Both the position numbers and the translations under genes were made by a program. DNA of 64,000 nt from Blepharisma stoltei ATCC 30299 (lineage: Eukaryota; Protista; Ciliophora). Below are positions 1-13,337 of the stretch, in pieces (the first letter of the stretch is position 1; the number at the start of each line of letters is the position of its first letter). The stretch spans positions 372,001 through 436,000 of the forward strand of contig CBFDEM010000038.1 of NCBI GenBank assembly GCA_965603825.1, written 5' to 3'. The notes under the pieces were generated by a model, which was not told where the DNA came from, searched no databases, and worked only from the letters and a program-made list of their open reading frames with translations.

Positions 1-1
1 G

Positions 2-3000
2 GAGTTGAATCAAGTATCAAAAGAATTCTGAATGCCAGACACCTCAGCTAAATCTTGTGCTCGCTGTGACAAACCATTTACAACTTTTAGGAGAAGACAT
101 CACTGCCGCTATTGTGGACTGATTTTCTGTTCCAAATGTACAAGTAAAAAATCTCTCCTGTCAAATGGTGTCATAATAAATCGATGCTGTCCTCAATGTT
201 TACTAGCTTTAAAATCTCCAAACAAGAAAACTGCAATTCTCCCTACCTTTGCAACAACCACAGATTTAGATCCTCAACCATCTCCAACAGGAACCCCAAA
301 GCATATGGAAAAATCAGAATCTGCTGATGTAATTAAAGAAGCTGCTGAAGATGATGCTATGTCTGATCTCATGTCTCTTGAAGATGAGCATGCTTTGGAT
401 AGCGTAAAAGAATTTCTTGGAGAAATTAAATCTGATTCGGATCCTAAACTAGATGCTTATGCAAATGAATATTTCGAGCAGCTAGCAAGAGAGTCTATTG
501 TTAAACAAGAACTAGGAAGAGAATGACTAGGATTGATAATTAAATTTTCAAAAGAAATTGTAGAGAACTTATGTTCATCAACACAATTCAGAAAAGACTC
601 TATGGACATCAACAATTATTTAAGAATCATTAAAGTCGCCTGGCCTGATACAAGTTTGTCAGAGTATATCAATGGAGTTGTTTTTGTCAAAAACATTGCT
701 AATAAAAAAATGAACAAAAGAATTGAAAACCCTAAAATTTTGATCCTCAAAGGCGGCACAGATATCTACACAAGTGACAAAAAATTGGTCTCCATGGACA
801 GATTAATAGACCAAGAGACCTCACTTGCAGAAATCTTTATCAGAAAACTAGAAAAAATCAGGCCAAATGTTATGATTTTAGAAAAAAGTTTGCCTCAAAA
901 TATATTGTCAGAGTTTGCCAAAATGCAGATAACGACCATTATGAATGTAAAATTAAAAATAATTGAACAAATAGCACGAGCCACCAAGGCAAAAATTTTG
1001 AAATCAGTGGACCAAACGTCCACTACTGAAAACTATTTAGGGACTTGTGGGGTGTTCTATCTTGATACTTTAGAAAAGCAAAGCTATGTGTTTTTTAAAG
1101 ACCCACTAGATACCACAAGGGCTGGAAGCTTAATTCTGTCAGGAACTGATAAGTTTGAGCTTAAGAAAGTGAAAGAGGCGGTAAAAGATTTAGTAATCCA
1201 ATATAGAAATATCAAGCTTGAGCTGCATTTTTTTATCCAAAGCGGAATTAGACCAATCCCTAATATTTTTTCTGCATTTAAATCATCAGCTAGTCAGTTT
1301 AAGTATTTAGTTATATCAAATATCAATAACAGTATGTGCACTAAACCGACTACTCAGAATATTTCTTATTATAAAGGCGAAGATATGACGCTAGGAGATT
1401 TTATAAATTCTACTATTAAAAAAAGCAATGATACCTGCCCTTCTGGCTGTGAAAGTAACCTAAGCGACCATTCTACCTATTACATAAAAAACGGCGGCAG
1501 AATAAAAATGTATTTTGCTAAATCTCATCAAAATCCTTCACAAGAAATCATGATGAAAAAAGAATGCAAAGCTTGTGGAAAGAGTACCATAGTAACAACT
1601 CCACTATCAAAATCAGCATGGGAATATTCATTTTATAAATTCATCAATAATTTTTTTACAAAAACTGATTTTCTCAATGAAAAAAACTGCCCTCATGATT
1701 TTTATAAGCTAGCGAAATTTTCTTTTCATATACAAGGCATAAAAATTGTGTTTGAATGGGAAGAAAACCCAGTTTATGACTTAATACCAATGTCAAATTC
1801 CAAAGAAACTACTAGGTTTTATGCAAATTTTATGAGAAATAAGTTTGATGAAACGAGGTCTTGCGCAAAGGAAGTTTTTGACGATTTGTTAAGACAAAGC
1901 AAAGAGATGATTTTAAAACTTAGTGTTGAGTCAATAGGAAATGAGTCAAAATCCCAGCTGCAAGGGATTGATATAATTAGGGAAGAATTGGTGACGATCG
2001 GAGATACAATAACTTCAAGCCTGTGCAAGCTACTAGATATGGAAGTTTGTCAATTTAAATGCCATTTAGATATAGACACTTATAAAAGATCATTATTTTT
2101 GCAAGCTTGCTCAATTAAAGTTTCACTTGAAGATACAGCCTCTAAGCTAAAACGACTAAAAAAAGGTTCAAAACATATAAATAAAGAACCAAAAAATCCT
2201 CCGCTCTCTAGATCAAGCAGCTCAGGGCCTGATAATCGAAAATCCCCAGCCCAAACTCCAACCCCAGAAGGGAAGATTTATCCATCCCTCAGTGCAATAT
2301 CTTCTCAAGACTTCGAATCTCTCGAGCAGACTCATAGAAACTCTGCAATCTCTACACCTATCGATAATTTCGACAAAGATGACGAATTCCTCCAAAGCGA
2401 GCATTTCAATATATTGCAAAAAGGAAATTTAACATTACCATTAGGCTATAATGATTTATGTGTCCCAGTCGAAGAAACAGATTCTTTATCTATCATTGCC
2501 TATGCATTGAACTCTCAACGCTATTTTGATGAAATCGCCTGCAATATTAGAAAAACTGAAAATTCTGCTGACCAAATAGAAGCAGATTTATTGTCTGGCG
2601 ATGAGAAGCATTTTAAATTCAGCGTTTCTACTTATGAAGATGAAATGATTGGACTTGCACACAAAGATGGGGTTAGAAGATTGTATGGATCTCATATGAA
2701 AATACAAGTGACGGCGTATTTTCCGAAACAGTTTCATGCGATTAGAGAATATTCTTATGAGCCACATGATGAATTTTTAATTTCAATAACAAGCTCTCAG
2801 AATAGCCAAGAGCAGCTTGGCAAAAGCAGAGCAGTTTTCCGGAAATCTTTAAATGGAAAATACATCTTAAAAACTATAGATGAAAAAGAATTTCGGATGT
2901 TTATTGACCTAACTCCTAACTATTTCAGGCACGTTTGCAAAAATTATTTCCACAATATGCCTTCAAGGCTTGTGAAAACTATTGGAGCATTCAAAATTTC

Positions 3001-3493
3001 TGTCAAAAACTACAGCACAGGCCGAAATAAGCTAGAATGGGCTTTATTATCAGAAAACTTAGGCTTTGCGATGCCTTCACCTTTATATGTTTACGACTTA
3101 AAAGGCACCTCAAACCATAAAAGAAGAGTAAAAGAAGGCGACACTCGGACCAAAATGGATTTAAATTTCATAGAAGACTTTAAAGGAATCCCTATAACTT
3201 TAGCTCCTGAAGTTAAGCGCATTTTTGATGCTACAATTTGGAACGATACACTGTTTTTAGCAAAGCAAAATGTAATTGATTATTCTTTGCTGATTATGGT
3301 GTCACTAGAACATAGAAAAATTGCTGCGGGGATTATTGATTATATGGAGCAATATACTTTTGAAAAGGCGATTGAAAGCAAGTATAAAGCTGTAATTACA
3401 GATCAACTACCGACGATTACACATCCGACAATCTATAAGGAGAGGTATAGAAGTCAGTTAATTGAAAGCTATTTCATGTCTCTTGAAGACTAA
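2..3493 (+). CDS. FAB1: 1-phosphatidylinositol-3-phosphate 5-kinase (PIKfyve/Fab1); 5' end lies outside the window
   Basis: The frame is open from position 2 with TGA (29-31, 524-526) read as Trp. This gives the FYVE signature KEF-W-MPD...RRHHCRYCG...C..C, a CCT/TCP-1-like domain (GVVFVKNIANKKM), a Cys-rich region and a C-terminal PIPK domain (GKS, YDLKG, IDYSLL, GIIDY). Ends at TAA. Confidence 0.93.
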
Positions 3494-3553
3494 GCTGTCT
3501 AATAATTCATTTTCTTCTTAAATAAGCTTTTTAGTTGAGATTGATAAAATTAT

Positions 3554-3898
3554 ATGGATAATTTTTTGGATAATTTAATCCCATATCAGGGCAATGAAGG
3601 CTTGGAAGCCAAAGATTTGATATTCAGAAACTATATCCCAAAGAATGATTCTTTAAAAGAGTTTATAGTGCATGCTCCGACAACAGTAGCTGAAACAGAA
3701 CTTGAGATAGAAAGAGATATCAAGCAATCTGTAAGGGAGTTTAATATGCAGCAAGAAGAACCTCTGACAATTATACCACAAAAGCCTAATATGGACTTAA
3801 AAAAGAGCTTAGATCGAAAGCTAAATGTGCTTAACAAGAAAACAGAAGCTGCTATCATTCAGCTATTAAAAAACAAATTGTCAGAAAAAAATAAATAA
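3554..3898 (+). CDS. CWF18: Cwf18/CCDC12-like pre-mRNA splicing factor
   Basis: LIFRNYIP motif and PQKPNMDLKKSLDRKLNVLNKKTEAAI, typical of the Cwf18 family. Confidence 0.8.
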   Translation: MDNFLDNLIPYQGNEGLEAKDLIFRNYIPKNDSLKEFIVHAPTTVAETELEIERDIKQSVREFNMQQEEPLTIIPQKPNMDLKKSLDRKLNVLNKKTEAAIIQLLKNKLSEKNK

Positions 3899-4142
3899 TG
3901 CGTATTGTTTTAGTTAAATTCTCGTATAAGAGCTAAAAAGCCTAATAAATTACATAGTAAGATCAGGAAATGCTTGTTTATATCTGTCTTTATTTTAAAA
4001 TATCGTTATTATATATAAAATAAGATAAGTGAACTAATCTATTAATGGAACTTAGAAGAAATATTTTATTTGTTTTAATTTCTATTTGAATTTTATAAAT
4101 TTACTTATTAATTAATAAAGGAGTTATATCTTTATAATTTAT

Positions 4143-5303
4143 ATGCTCAGGAATCAAGTATACGTAGAAATCCTAAATGCAAGCCATGCTATCTCTTTAC
4201 AAAATGCAGCATTAACAGGAGCAATATCTCGTCTCTTAGATCGACTCTGCCAAAGCGAAGTTCTAGTAATGTCAAATAATGCGAAGTTACAAATTCCCAG
4301 AACATCTCGGCACGAGCTCGACATATACACGCCTTATCTTATTATCCAAGCTTTTATTCCTAAAGGAAAGCAATTTAACATCGAAATTTCAGTCACAGAC
4401 ACTTCAGCTATGAAAAGGAAGCTTATTTTTACACAGTGCCGAGGAATAATAAGAAATTCTCTCCATTCAAGAATCCAAAATACCATAATAAACCGAGATC
4501 AGTGGACTAATATATGTATTGATGTCTCCTTATTCAATTTGGAATGCTTTGGTTCAACTTTTCATCATATAGACTCTGTTACGATTTCTGGATTTTGCAG
4601 AATACGAAAGATATTTGGTTGCAAATTTCCATTAAAGGATTCAAATGAGCGGATGAACACTCAGCTGAAGCATGAAATATTGCCTGATGCTTATGAGTTT
4701 CCTGATATTTTATCTGCATTATCTCAAATAATAAACCCTGGGAAAATCTCAGTAGAAACCCCACTTCCTGATGCTCCAAGTAGAGTAGCTAATTATTCTC
4801 CAAATCTGTCCAAGCGACAAGAATATTTTTTAGAAGATTCTCCACAAAGGTCAATAAAAATTAAAAGGAAAAATTTAATTGAGTCAAAAGTATATGATAA
4901 ACTTATAATGGGGCAGTTTGGCCCAAATCCATTCAAGCAAAGCAAGCATAATGCTGATTTTTACAGTAAAAGTATTGTTCCCCAAAAATCGACACCACAG
5001 ATGGCTCCACCACCCATAAGAACTAAACCAAATCGGAGGACAATTTTTAACGATGATGCTCCCCAAAAAGAGTCTAAATCGTTCAGAATCAGTCATGAAG
5101 ATAACAGTTTTATTGGTCTAAATGAATATGGAGTTGATATCAAGCCAAAAAGCAGCTTATATGAGCAATATATGGGTGCAGTAACTACTATAAGACATCA
5201 TACACCGCCTTTTGTAAATTTAGATAATGAAGGCTTGACATATGATCCTGTATCAAAAAATTATTCACTTCCAGCGGAAGTGGTGTGAAGAGACAACTTT
5301 TAA
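4143..5303 (+). CDS. CFAP20 (DUF667) domain-containing ciliary protein
   Basis: The N-terminal LQIP...PYLIIQAFIPKGKQFNIEISVTD...KRKL...WTNICIDV...CRIRKIF matches the CFAP20/C3orf67 fold. TGA at 5286 read as Trp extends the ORF to TAA at 5301-5303. Confidence 0.75.
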
Positions 5304-5314
5304 TGTTAATTTTT

Positions 5315-6232
5315 TTATTTAAAAACTTCTTCTATCGATGGTTTATTATAGCAAATTGGGAGAAATATTAAGGCAAAGACCCAAAAAGTGCTTAAGCCGC
5401 CTGAAATCAATAATGAAATCCCAAGAATGTAATTTTCTCCTCCAAAAGGGTTTGAGGTGGATAGCAAAATGTATTTATTCCCATCAAAGTTAGATACATC
5501 AAATTCTGTATAAATATTACTTTCGTCAATAGTGATTTTATAATCACCTTTTTCAAGTGACTGATCTATTATACCTCATAATTTTTTTAAATTCGGAGAC
5601 GCCCCATTTCTCATTCATACAGCAAAATGCTTGTTTTCCATATCAGTCCATTGCTTGGTTTTCCAGTTCTTTAAATTTTTATATTTGGATTTATTATCAG
5701 TATTTCAGGCTATGTCGCTCTCTTTAATGCTTATTCCATCAATAGAAAAAGTATCGTTAAATAGACTAGCTGCTGCAAGCCCACATGGTATAGCAGGATC
5801 ATCATTTTCTTCATCTGTAGCAAGATCATCAGGAATTGTGTAGTCTAAATCTGACATTTTGACTATGGGCTCACAGGAAGATAAAGCTCCAACTTTTTTG
5901 TAATTTCCTTGAAGCTGATCTAAATTTCTTGATTTCATATATTTTCGGTGATTTTGGTAATATCCTTCAATTTCATAATATAAATATACAGGTGAGGTCA
6001 TTTTTTCAGAAATTGTAATAGTTATATCACACTTAGAAAGGCCACAATCATATGATTTTTTATAGGATACAAGCTGAGAGGAATAGACTATTAGGATTAT
6101 GCCTAAAGTTGAACAAGAGATAGCAAAAAATCCAAAGAAACAGAGTCCGAATTTTTTATTTGGCACAAAATCATAAGCTTTGAATTGACTTGGGTGGCAT
6201 TTTTGCTTCGATTTTCTTGATTGTTCATTCAT
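5315..6232 (-). CDS. CDC50: CDC50/LEM3 family P4-ATPase flippase beta subunit (~305 aa)
   Basis: PVYLYYEIEGYYQNHRKYMKSR, PCGLAAASLFNDTF and, reading TGA as Trp, HFAV-W-MR and FKKL-W-G. Also FGGENY, a C-terminal TM segment and a TAA stop at 5315-5317. Confidence 0.93.
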
Positions 6233-6474
6233 ATTTTTTAAAATATAAAATTAATATCTACAGTCGTATTTTAGAAATTTATGATTATTCAAATTATTGT
6301 TTATTAATCTAGTCAGTTTAAAATATTATCCCTTTATCCTCTAATACTTAAAAATTCCTAAAATTTTAAGTCAATTAGCCTGCCAAGCAATATACTGCAT
6401 CAATTATGATTTGAGAAAATCACTTAAAATATGATTTTAATGCTAATTTATACTGATTTTAAAAAATGCAAAAA

Positions 6475-6546
6475 TGCATCATCCGGGACTCGAACCCGGG
6501 TCGACTGCTTGGAAGGCAACCATCCTAACCTCTAGACTAATGATGC
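6475..6546 (-). tRNA. tRNA-Gly (anticodon TCC)
   Basis: Minus strand reads GCATCATTAGTCTAGAGGTTAGGATGGTTGCCTTCCAAGCAGTCGACCCGGGTTCGAGTCCCGGATGATGCA. It has a 7-bp acceptor stem, anticodon loop CT-TCC-AA and a GTTCGA T-loop, followed by a T-run (Pol III terminator). Confidence 0.95.
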
Positions 6547-6742
6547 AACATATCATTCCATCACAAAGAAAAGCTAAATACTTAAATCTCAGTTTTCCAA
6601 GCACACATTCAGATCTTCTCTAACTCCATAATTATTAAATTCACTTAAAAATCCAAAATTGATCTATTAGAAGATTTATTAATAAAAACACAAATTATCC
6701 TCTATACTTATTGTGGTGAGCTTCAATTTGATTTCTATCAAC

Positions 6743-9700
6743 CTAAATAACTCTTACAGCAGTCTGAATATTTTGGAGAGGCCTAACTAGCGCTTGCTTT
6801 GACGGCATTTTAATTCCAGCCGCATTCCCAAACCCTTGTAAAATCGAATAAGCTCCACTCATAAACGTTTCCACAAGCTTAATACTTTCAATCGAAAAAG
6901 TTTTGACAAGCCCAACAAGTGCTTGCTTGGTTCCATCTACAGCTGACTCTGAATTATAAGGCAAAGATATAACATCATAAAGTGCCGCGCCTAGATTGGT
7001 CAATGTTGTCATTGGTCCTAGCCCAGAAATTAATTTTACAAGTTCTTTATCGCATATATGTTTAAACCAAAATTTCCAAGCTTTTAATATAGCTTGCTGT
7101 AAATCTCTAGATCCTTTTATTTCGATTTTAGGCAGCATTAAATTAAATCCTTCTATTTGGAATATATTTAAGATATTTGCCCCGGGGTGCCTTCCTCCAA
7201 TACTGTGTGGGATGTAGTCAAGGTTTATTTCAATTTTTTCTATTGTCATTTTTTGGATATAAAGTTTTTTGGGATTTTCGGATTGCTGAGGACTTATTTG
7301 TCCTGGAACTGTGGCGGTTTTTCGCATTGAAACTTGCTCTTCTGGCTTTCAGTTAGCTAAATCTAGACAAAACTCGACGAAATGTTGGTCAATGTTGACT
7401 TTTAGAGGAAGAAGTTTGGAGGAAATTATAAATTCAATGTCACTTGAGTAGGTGGGTCGAGGTCAGACAGCTGAAACTTCTAATTGAAATAAATGGGAGT
7501 TTTTTTCTCTGATTTTTGTACTATCGAATTGCAAAAGTTTATTTACAGCGCTGTTTCTTATTAAATCTAAAATTTCAAATTCTTCAGCTGTTAAAGCTAA
7601 TCTTCAAGAATAGTGCAGCTTTTTTGGGAATTTTGAAAACGTTAGCCCAAGATTTTCACTTTTTACCTGTATAGAACTATATGGATTCCTCAGTGACCCA
7701 TGTCGAGACTTTCCAGTAAAATCATTTCCTGAATAAACATTTATACACAAATAAAATACACACATAGACGCCCGTATTGTTGGAAACCCATGAGCAGGCT
7801 TTAGCTGATGGAAATCTGACTCCACAGTATTCGATTTCACTATATTCGGAATTTCTACATGAGTATGAATTATCTGTGACTTTCTTACAGATTTCCTTAG
7901 AGGTTTTTTCAGTACTTTTTCTTCTTCTTTTGACCTAAACTCAGGCGACAAATAGTCTTGTAAATTAATATTTTTCAGCTCATCAGGCCTATTCGGATTA
8001 ATTGTTAGCCCAGTTATCTGCACAGGATATGTATCCGAATCATCACTGCTTAAATCTGAATCTTTCCTCATCATTTCTATAGGCTCTTCATCATTTGGTA
8101 GGCTAATAAATTTGCTTAGCACACTAATCGTGTCTTTGCATAAATGGAAAATAACGCATCCAAAATTTGCATGAATTTCCAATAATTCTTCATTTAATAT
8201 GCAGTTTCTGACTTCTTCACTTATGAAAATTTTATTGGAGATTGAGGTGCATTGGTCTGATCCAATTAAGCATTCTAGAAATGGTGGGCATTGGTCAGAG
8301 TCGTCTGAAGGGTGGCAGTGTTTATCTTTATGGATTATTGTCATGAAAAATTCAATTGAGTCCATTGATAAGCTTAATACAAATTTTTGGGACTGCAAAA
8401 AACGGTCAAGCTGGATAGGGTTTAACTGGGCTGATAAAATTGGATGATGTATGCGTAAAGGAACAGGGCATTGCAAATAAAGACGTAAAGAGCCTAGTTT
8501 TGAATGTAGACCTATAGAACTAGGAGACCCCAGCATACTTCATAAAGCTAAATCTTCTATATATATAAATGCCCTTGCTTCTTTTATATTATAGCTCACA
8601 TATAAATTTTTAAATAATAAATGAAGCTTAGTCAGTGTGTTGTCTCTTTTTGGGATTTTTATTTCAAATTCTTTAATAAATTCTAAAATACTCACAAAAT
8701 TATCAGCACAAATAAGAATATTCTGCAGCATAATTTTACAATCATTTTCTTGGTCTTTTTCAAAGGTAAATAATACAGGATTTTTATCAATTGAATAAAT
8801 AAGGTTACTATCTCCATAATACCCATCAAGAGATTTTACTTCAGTGCTAAAATAAATTTCTTTCCCAGACACACAATTTTTTAGCAGAAAAATTTCAATT
8901 TCTTTAAATTTCACTGAAACTGTCGGAATCCGGCAGCCAACAATAGGATCAATTGTTTTGGTTACGCTTGCATCAAGAGTATAGCATGATTGCATTGAAT
9001 TAGGCTGAGGATAATTTCAATTAACATGTGCATTGTTTGAGCACAAATTTAAAGCAATTTCTCTGATTTGGATATTCCATGATTCTTTTTTATCAAATGA
9101 TGGCTTTTTATCACTGATTGGTATTAATTGGCTTAATAATAATAAGCTATTTGAGTCTACAAAAATTTCTATTGATGTAGAAACGATAGAGTTTAAATAA
9201 TTTGCACGGCCTTTTCATAAATCTTCTTGTAGCATGCTTCTTGAGAGAGGCTCAAAAACAAAGGAATCCTCAGCAATTGATGAATAAGGCTCAGAAGTTT
9301 TTACATTTTTAGTAATCACAACTGTTCCTTGGCGAGGAATATAATATCTCATAGAAGGGTTTTCTTTATGCTCTTCTAGCACTTCTTCATGGTTTTCTTC
9401 TTGAAGCTGCCTATCAAATTTAATATGATAAATTCTTACGATATTTAAGATTTCATTATCCTTCAAAATATTTATGATAGCTTCTGCTAAATTTACTTCT
9501 AATTTTTCTTTTTTGATGATTTTCACCAGTTTGAGCTCAGTCGTGATTTTTCAATATTTTTCGTTGCAGCAGCACATCTCATTGATTGGCCCTGAAAATT
9601 CGTTATTTTGGTATTCACAGAAAATCATAGGAATTTCTATAACTAGAGTTTTAGAGGACTGTGAGTGGTTTCTATGGTGATTTTCAAAGAGGGATTGTAG

Positions 9701-11107
9701 CTGCTTTAGCCTAAAAATTGTAATTGTGTCTAAATTTATACGTGTCATAGCAATTTTAGCATATATGTCATTTCGGTTAATTTTTATTTCAATATCTTCT
9801 TTTGTTTGCTTTAATATAACACCTGGAGACATAGGAATATCTCTTGCGGACTTGTGAAAATATATGATATTTTTAGTACAAAAATGCTGAGTGTTTATAT
9901 CTGCAGCCCAAAAGCCGGAGTTTGGGTTTTTTCCCATAAAGAAGTCAGGGAAAAATGATTGTCGTGCTGATTGATAAATTGAGGAGGATTCAAGAGCTTG
10001 TGTATTGGCAAGATGAAAATATTTTAAAAATCCGTCTTTAATCCTAAGCGACATGTTGTGGGAAGCTACAAATTTAATATTCCCAATTTTTAACAAAAAA
10101 TGTGACTCAGGCAGTGCTGGATAAGGCCCGTCTGAATATTCTCATTTTTTTCTAAAAGGAATAGTTTCATCACATAGCAGCCCCACAACTAAAGATTTTA
10201 ATTGAAATTTGACAGTTTTCTCTTGATTGTGACTCATTATCGGTGACTGAGCGCTTTCTTTGATTTCTTCTTCAAATTCTTCATAAGCTTCCTCTAAAAA
10301 ACTTTTCCCAACATGTTCAATTAAGTCGCTTTTCCTTAAATTCATCAAAATATTTAATACAATTCTTAGCTGCTCAGGGCTCATGAGTACATTTATAGCA
10401 TCCATAATGCAATCCACAAATAGCATCTCTTTAGAGATCACAATTCTAGCTTCAATCTCATTTTCCAATACACATATATTAGAATAATCACTAGGATCAT
10501 AAATTTCTCTTTCTCCTTTCATCATGCTAATTCTAATTCCTCCAATTCTCAATAATTTCTGTATGCTGATTGATCCTTCTTTATTAACGTCAGTCAAAGT
10601 AATTCTTGGTATCATAAATTGTACATAATCCGGGTCTTCTGGCCTAGCTCTAACTCTTATTTTTACTACACTTATCTCAAATATGATATTTGATAACAAA
10701 TTTCCTATTGCTTTTGTCATTAATGTGACTCCTTGTTCTTCTTCACATTCAGTAGGAGCAATACTAGGAATATTTTTTATTACACTAAACCCAGAGTCCC
10801 CAGCACTGCAAAGTTCGATTAAAACCTCACGGATTTGTACCGATATAGGCCCGCCCATAATGTTGATGATAGAAGGAAAGTGAATATGTATGCTTGATAT
10901 CCGTGCTTTAGTAAGATGTACAATACTTTCTGCAAGATTTTGATTAATTGAATGCGGGTTAAGATTTAGATCAGATAATATATAAATTCCATCAGTTACT
11001 TTAGCCTGAAAATGATTGTGATCTAGCTCTCCTAATAGCAATCCTCCATGGATTCTTGTCAAGATATATCTTAAGAGCTCTTCAACTGGCCTTGTCAGAA
11101 GAGACAT
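6743..11107 (-). CDS. ATG2: Autophagy lipid-transfer protein ATG2 (~1450 aa)
   Basis: Six ORF-track fragments share one frame and are separated only by TGA. There is a Chorein-N-like start. C-terminal ATG2 motifs include FEILDLIRNSAVNKLL, LLPLKVNIDQHFVEF and INLDYIPH. Ends at TAG. Confidence 0.85.
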
Positions 11108-11181
11108 TTTAATTATAGAGACGAAAAATTTCTTTGTCGTGGCTCTCTAGATGCTTATGCTATGAATTTATACTTATCTAA

Positions 11182-11952
11182 CTAAGGAGCTGGAGCAATA
11201 GCAAATGTATTTTCAGGCTTGAAAATCTCATCAACGCCTTGTATAGCCCTCAGCTGAGGTACAAGTCTTGGCGTCTCTTCTTTTTCTCCCCACATGCCTC
11301 CTAGCATTTGGTCAAGCCTCATTTTTTCATAAATTCCTTCAGCTTTTTCTCCAGGGGGAATTATAAACAAAGTTTCTCCTTCAAAGGAAGCGACCCCTAC
11401 ACGGTCTTTTCTTTGGAAATAGTGAATATGCTCCATGAAAGCTGTCCTTTCATCCTCTTCAGCTGCTTCTATAGTAATAATGAATTTTGGAGGATAACTA
11501 GGAAGGTCTGCTGGTCTTGCTCTGTGATTAATGTCAATTTGATATCTGGACTTCAAGAAGCTATGCACAAGTCCTTTGATAACTTTGGCACGAACATTCA
11601 CTCTAAGGCTACTGCAGCGTGTTAAACAGCCTGGCCACATAATTTCTGTGGACCTTGACAATGCGTTTTTTGAATCTTTGCTTAAGGCAACTTCCCAGCC
11701 TCTTGTATTCAGATCTTCAACTGCTTTTTGTGCGTCTGCAAGATTCTCCATTTCGATGAAGGCATAGCAGTGCTGTCTGAGGGGAAAACCTTTGGGACCA
11801 TTTCGTATTACTCGGACTTTACCTACAGGTCCGTAATTTGAAAAAAGTGTGATAAGCTGACCTTGAGGAAATTGTACAGGTAAATTGGTGACATGAAGCT
11901 TGATTTTTTGGTCAGGCGATCTTGATCGTTCGTTTCTGTTCCGACTATACAT
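11182..11952 (-). CDS. RRM + SPOC domain protein (minimal Spen/RBM15-like)
   Basis: N-terminal RRM (KLHVTNLP...YAFIEM). The C-terminal part has a SPOC-like pattern (WPGCL..., FMEHIHYFQRKDRVGVA...LFIIPPG). Confidence 0.7.
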   Translation of the reverse strand: MYSRNRNERSRSPDQKIKLHVTNLPVQFPQGQLITLFSNYGPVGKVRVIRNGPKGFPLRQHCYAFIEMENLADAQKAVEDLNTRGWEVALSKDSKNALSRSTEIMWPGCLTRCSSLRVNVRAKVIKGLVHSFLKSRYQIDINHRARPADLPSYPPKFIITIEAAEEDERTAFMEHIHYFQRKDRVGVASFEGETLFIIPPGEKAEGIYEKMRLDQMLGGMWGEKEETPRLVPQLRAIQGVDEIFKPENTFAIAPAP

Positions 11953-12544
11953 TAATAATTATTAGTCACAGATTCAAATAGATAATTATTAGACTAAAAG
12001 AAAATGATTAAATGGTGAAGTATATAAAAAATCTGAGGGATTTATACTGAATTTTGAAATATATCAGATTAATATTTTCTTTATTGTTTATCTAATTTAT
12101 ACTCTCTCACTAGTATTGCGAAATTGAATTCCTAAAGAATTGAAGATCAATATTATTTAAATTTTTTTTGTAAGATTTGATTCTATAAGGCAAGCTGTGT
12201 GTTGAGAAATATTCTATTTCTCTAGAACATTTCATTTAACTTTCACTAAAGATGGCTTAAAAAAGAATTATATTTTTAAGGAATTTCTTATAAACGAAAA
12301 CGTTTATAAAAGTTTTAAGTCCAAAATATACATTAATTCTATCATTCTTTAAAGTAAAAATTTAATTAATTTCAAAATAACAGTCTTTATCAAAAATAAC
12401 GATAATCTATTGATTCTCGGTCCTAAATATTTTCCTTTGTATATTGATATTTTAATTTTAATTCCTCTAGATTTTTATCTGATCTTTCTTTCTGACTGAC
12501 TATTATTACACTTTATCTAAAATTTTATATTCCTTACCAATAAT

Positions 12545-13303
12545 ATGAGTAGGATTATTTCAAATTCCTCAGCCAATTTTGATCGCATCTCTAAGCTCTC
12601 TGAAAAGCTTAACAATATCAGCCAATACCCGCAGCCTGAAAAAGGAGGTCGTTTAGAAGATTTAGAAAGAAAATACCAAAGTATCGAAGAAAAACTCTAC
12701 GAAATCCAAGAAACAAACTCCAAAAAATTCGCAAGTCTCCGTGAGCAAACAGTCAAAATCCAAAAAATTCTTGAAGAAGAAGTGTCAGTTAGAGATTCTT
12801 TATTTGATGAACAATCTCATAGTTTGGAGTCCACTCAAAGCGAGCTTGAACAGTTACTTCAGGCAGAAATTTCTGTAAGGAAAGAATCGGATTTAAAATT
12901 ATTAAGATATCTTGAAGAAAAATCCTCAAATTTACGCTTAGATATCATAAATGAAGCTAAAATCCGATCTCAGACGTTTGATATTATAAAATCACAGGCA
13001 CAAGACGAAATTCCAGCATTAGAAGAAACGATAAGAAAAGAAAAATTAGCAAGAGAAGGGATTGAAGAAGCATTGGATAATGAGTTGAAAGAAGAAATTG
13101 AAAAAATTGAAGGGGTTGTAGGAACTGAAAGAAAAGCAAGAGAAGAAACAGAAGAAGCTTTATTAAGCATGCTAAGAGATGTTGTTGGAAGAATGAGAAC
13201 TGAGCTAGATCAAGAAAGAAAAGACAGAGAACTCACTGAAGAAACCCTTTTATCGTTACTAGAAGATACCTGCGCCAAACTAAGCGCATTGGCTCCACAA
13301 TAA
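12545..13303 (+). CDS. Coiled-coil cytoskeletal protein, SF-assemblin/beta-giardin-like
   Basis: All-helical, E/K/R-rich, with repeated ExxxRxxxExxLL motifs (ERKAREETEEALLSML, ERKDRELTEETLLSLL). Confidence 0.6.
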   Translation: MSRIISNSSANFDRISKLSEKLNNISQYPQPEKGGRLEDLERKYQSIEEKLYEIQETNSKKFASLREQTVKIQKILEEEVSVRDSLFDEQSHSLESTQSELEQLLQAEISVRKESDLKLLRYLEEKSSNLRLDIINEAKIRSQTFDIIKSQAQDEIPALEETIRKEKLAREGIEEALDNELKEEIEKIEGVVGTERKAREETEEALLSMLRDVVGRMRTELDQERKDRELTEETLLSLLEDTCAKLSALAPQ

Positions 13304-13337
13304 TTTAAAGATAAAGATAGTATTCATAACTAAGCTG

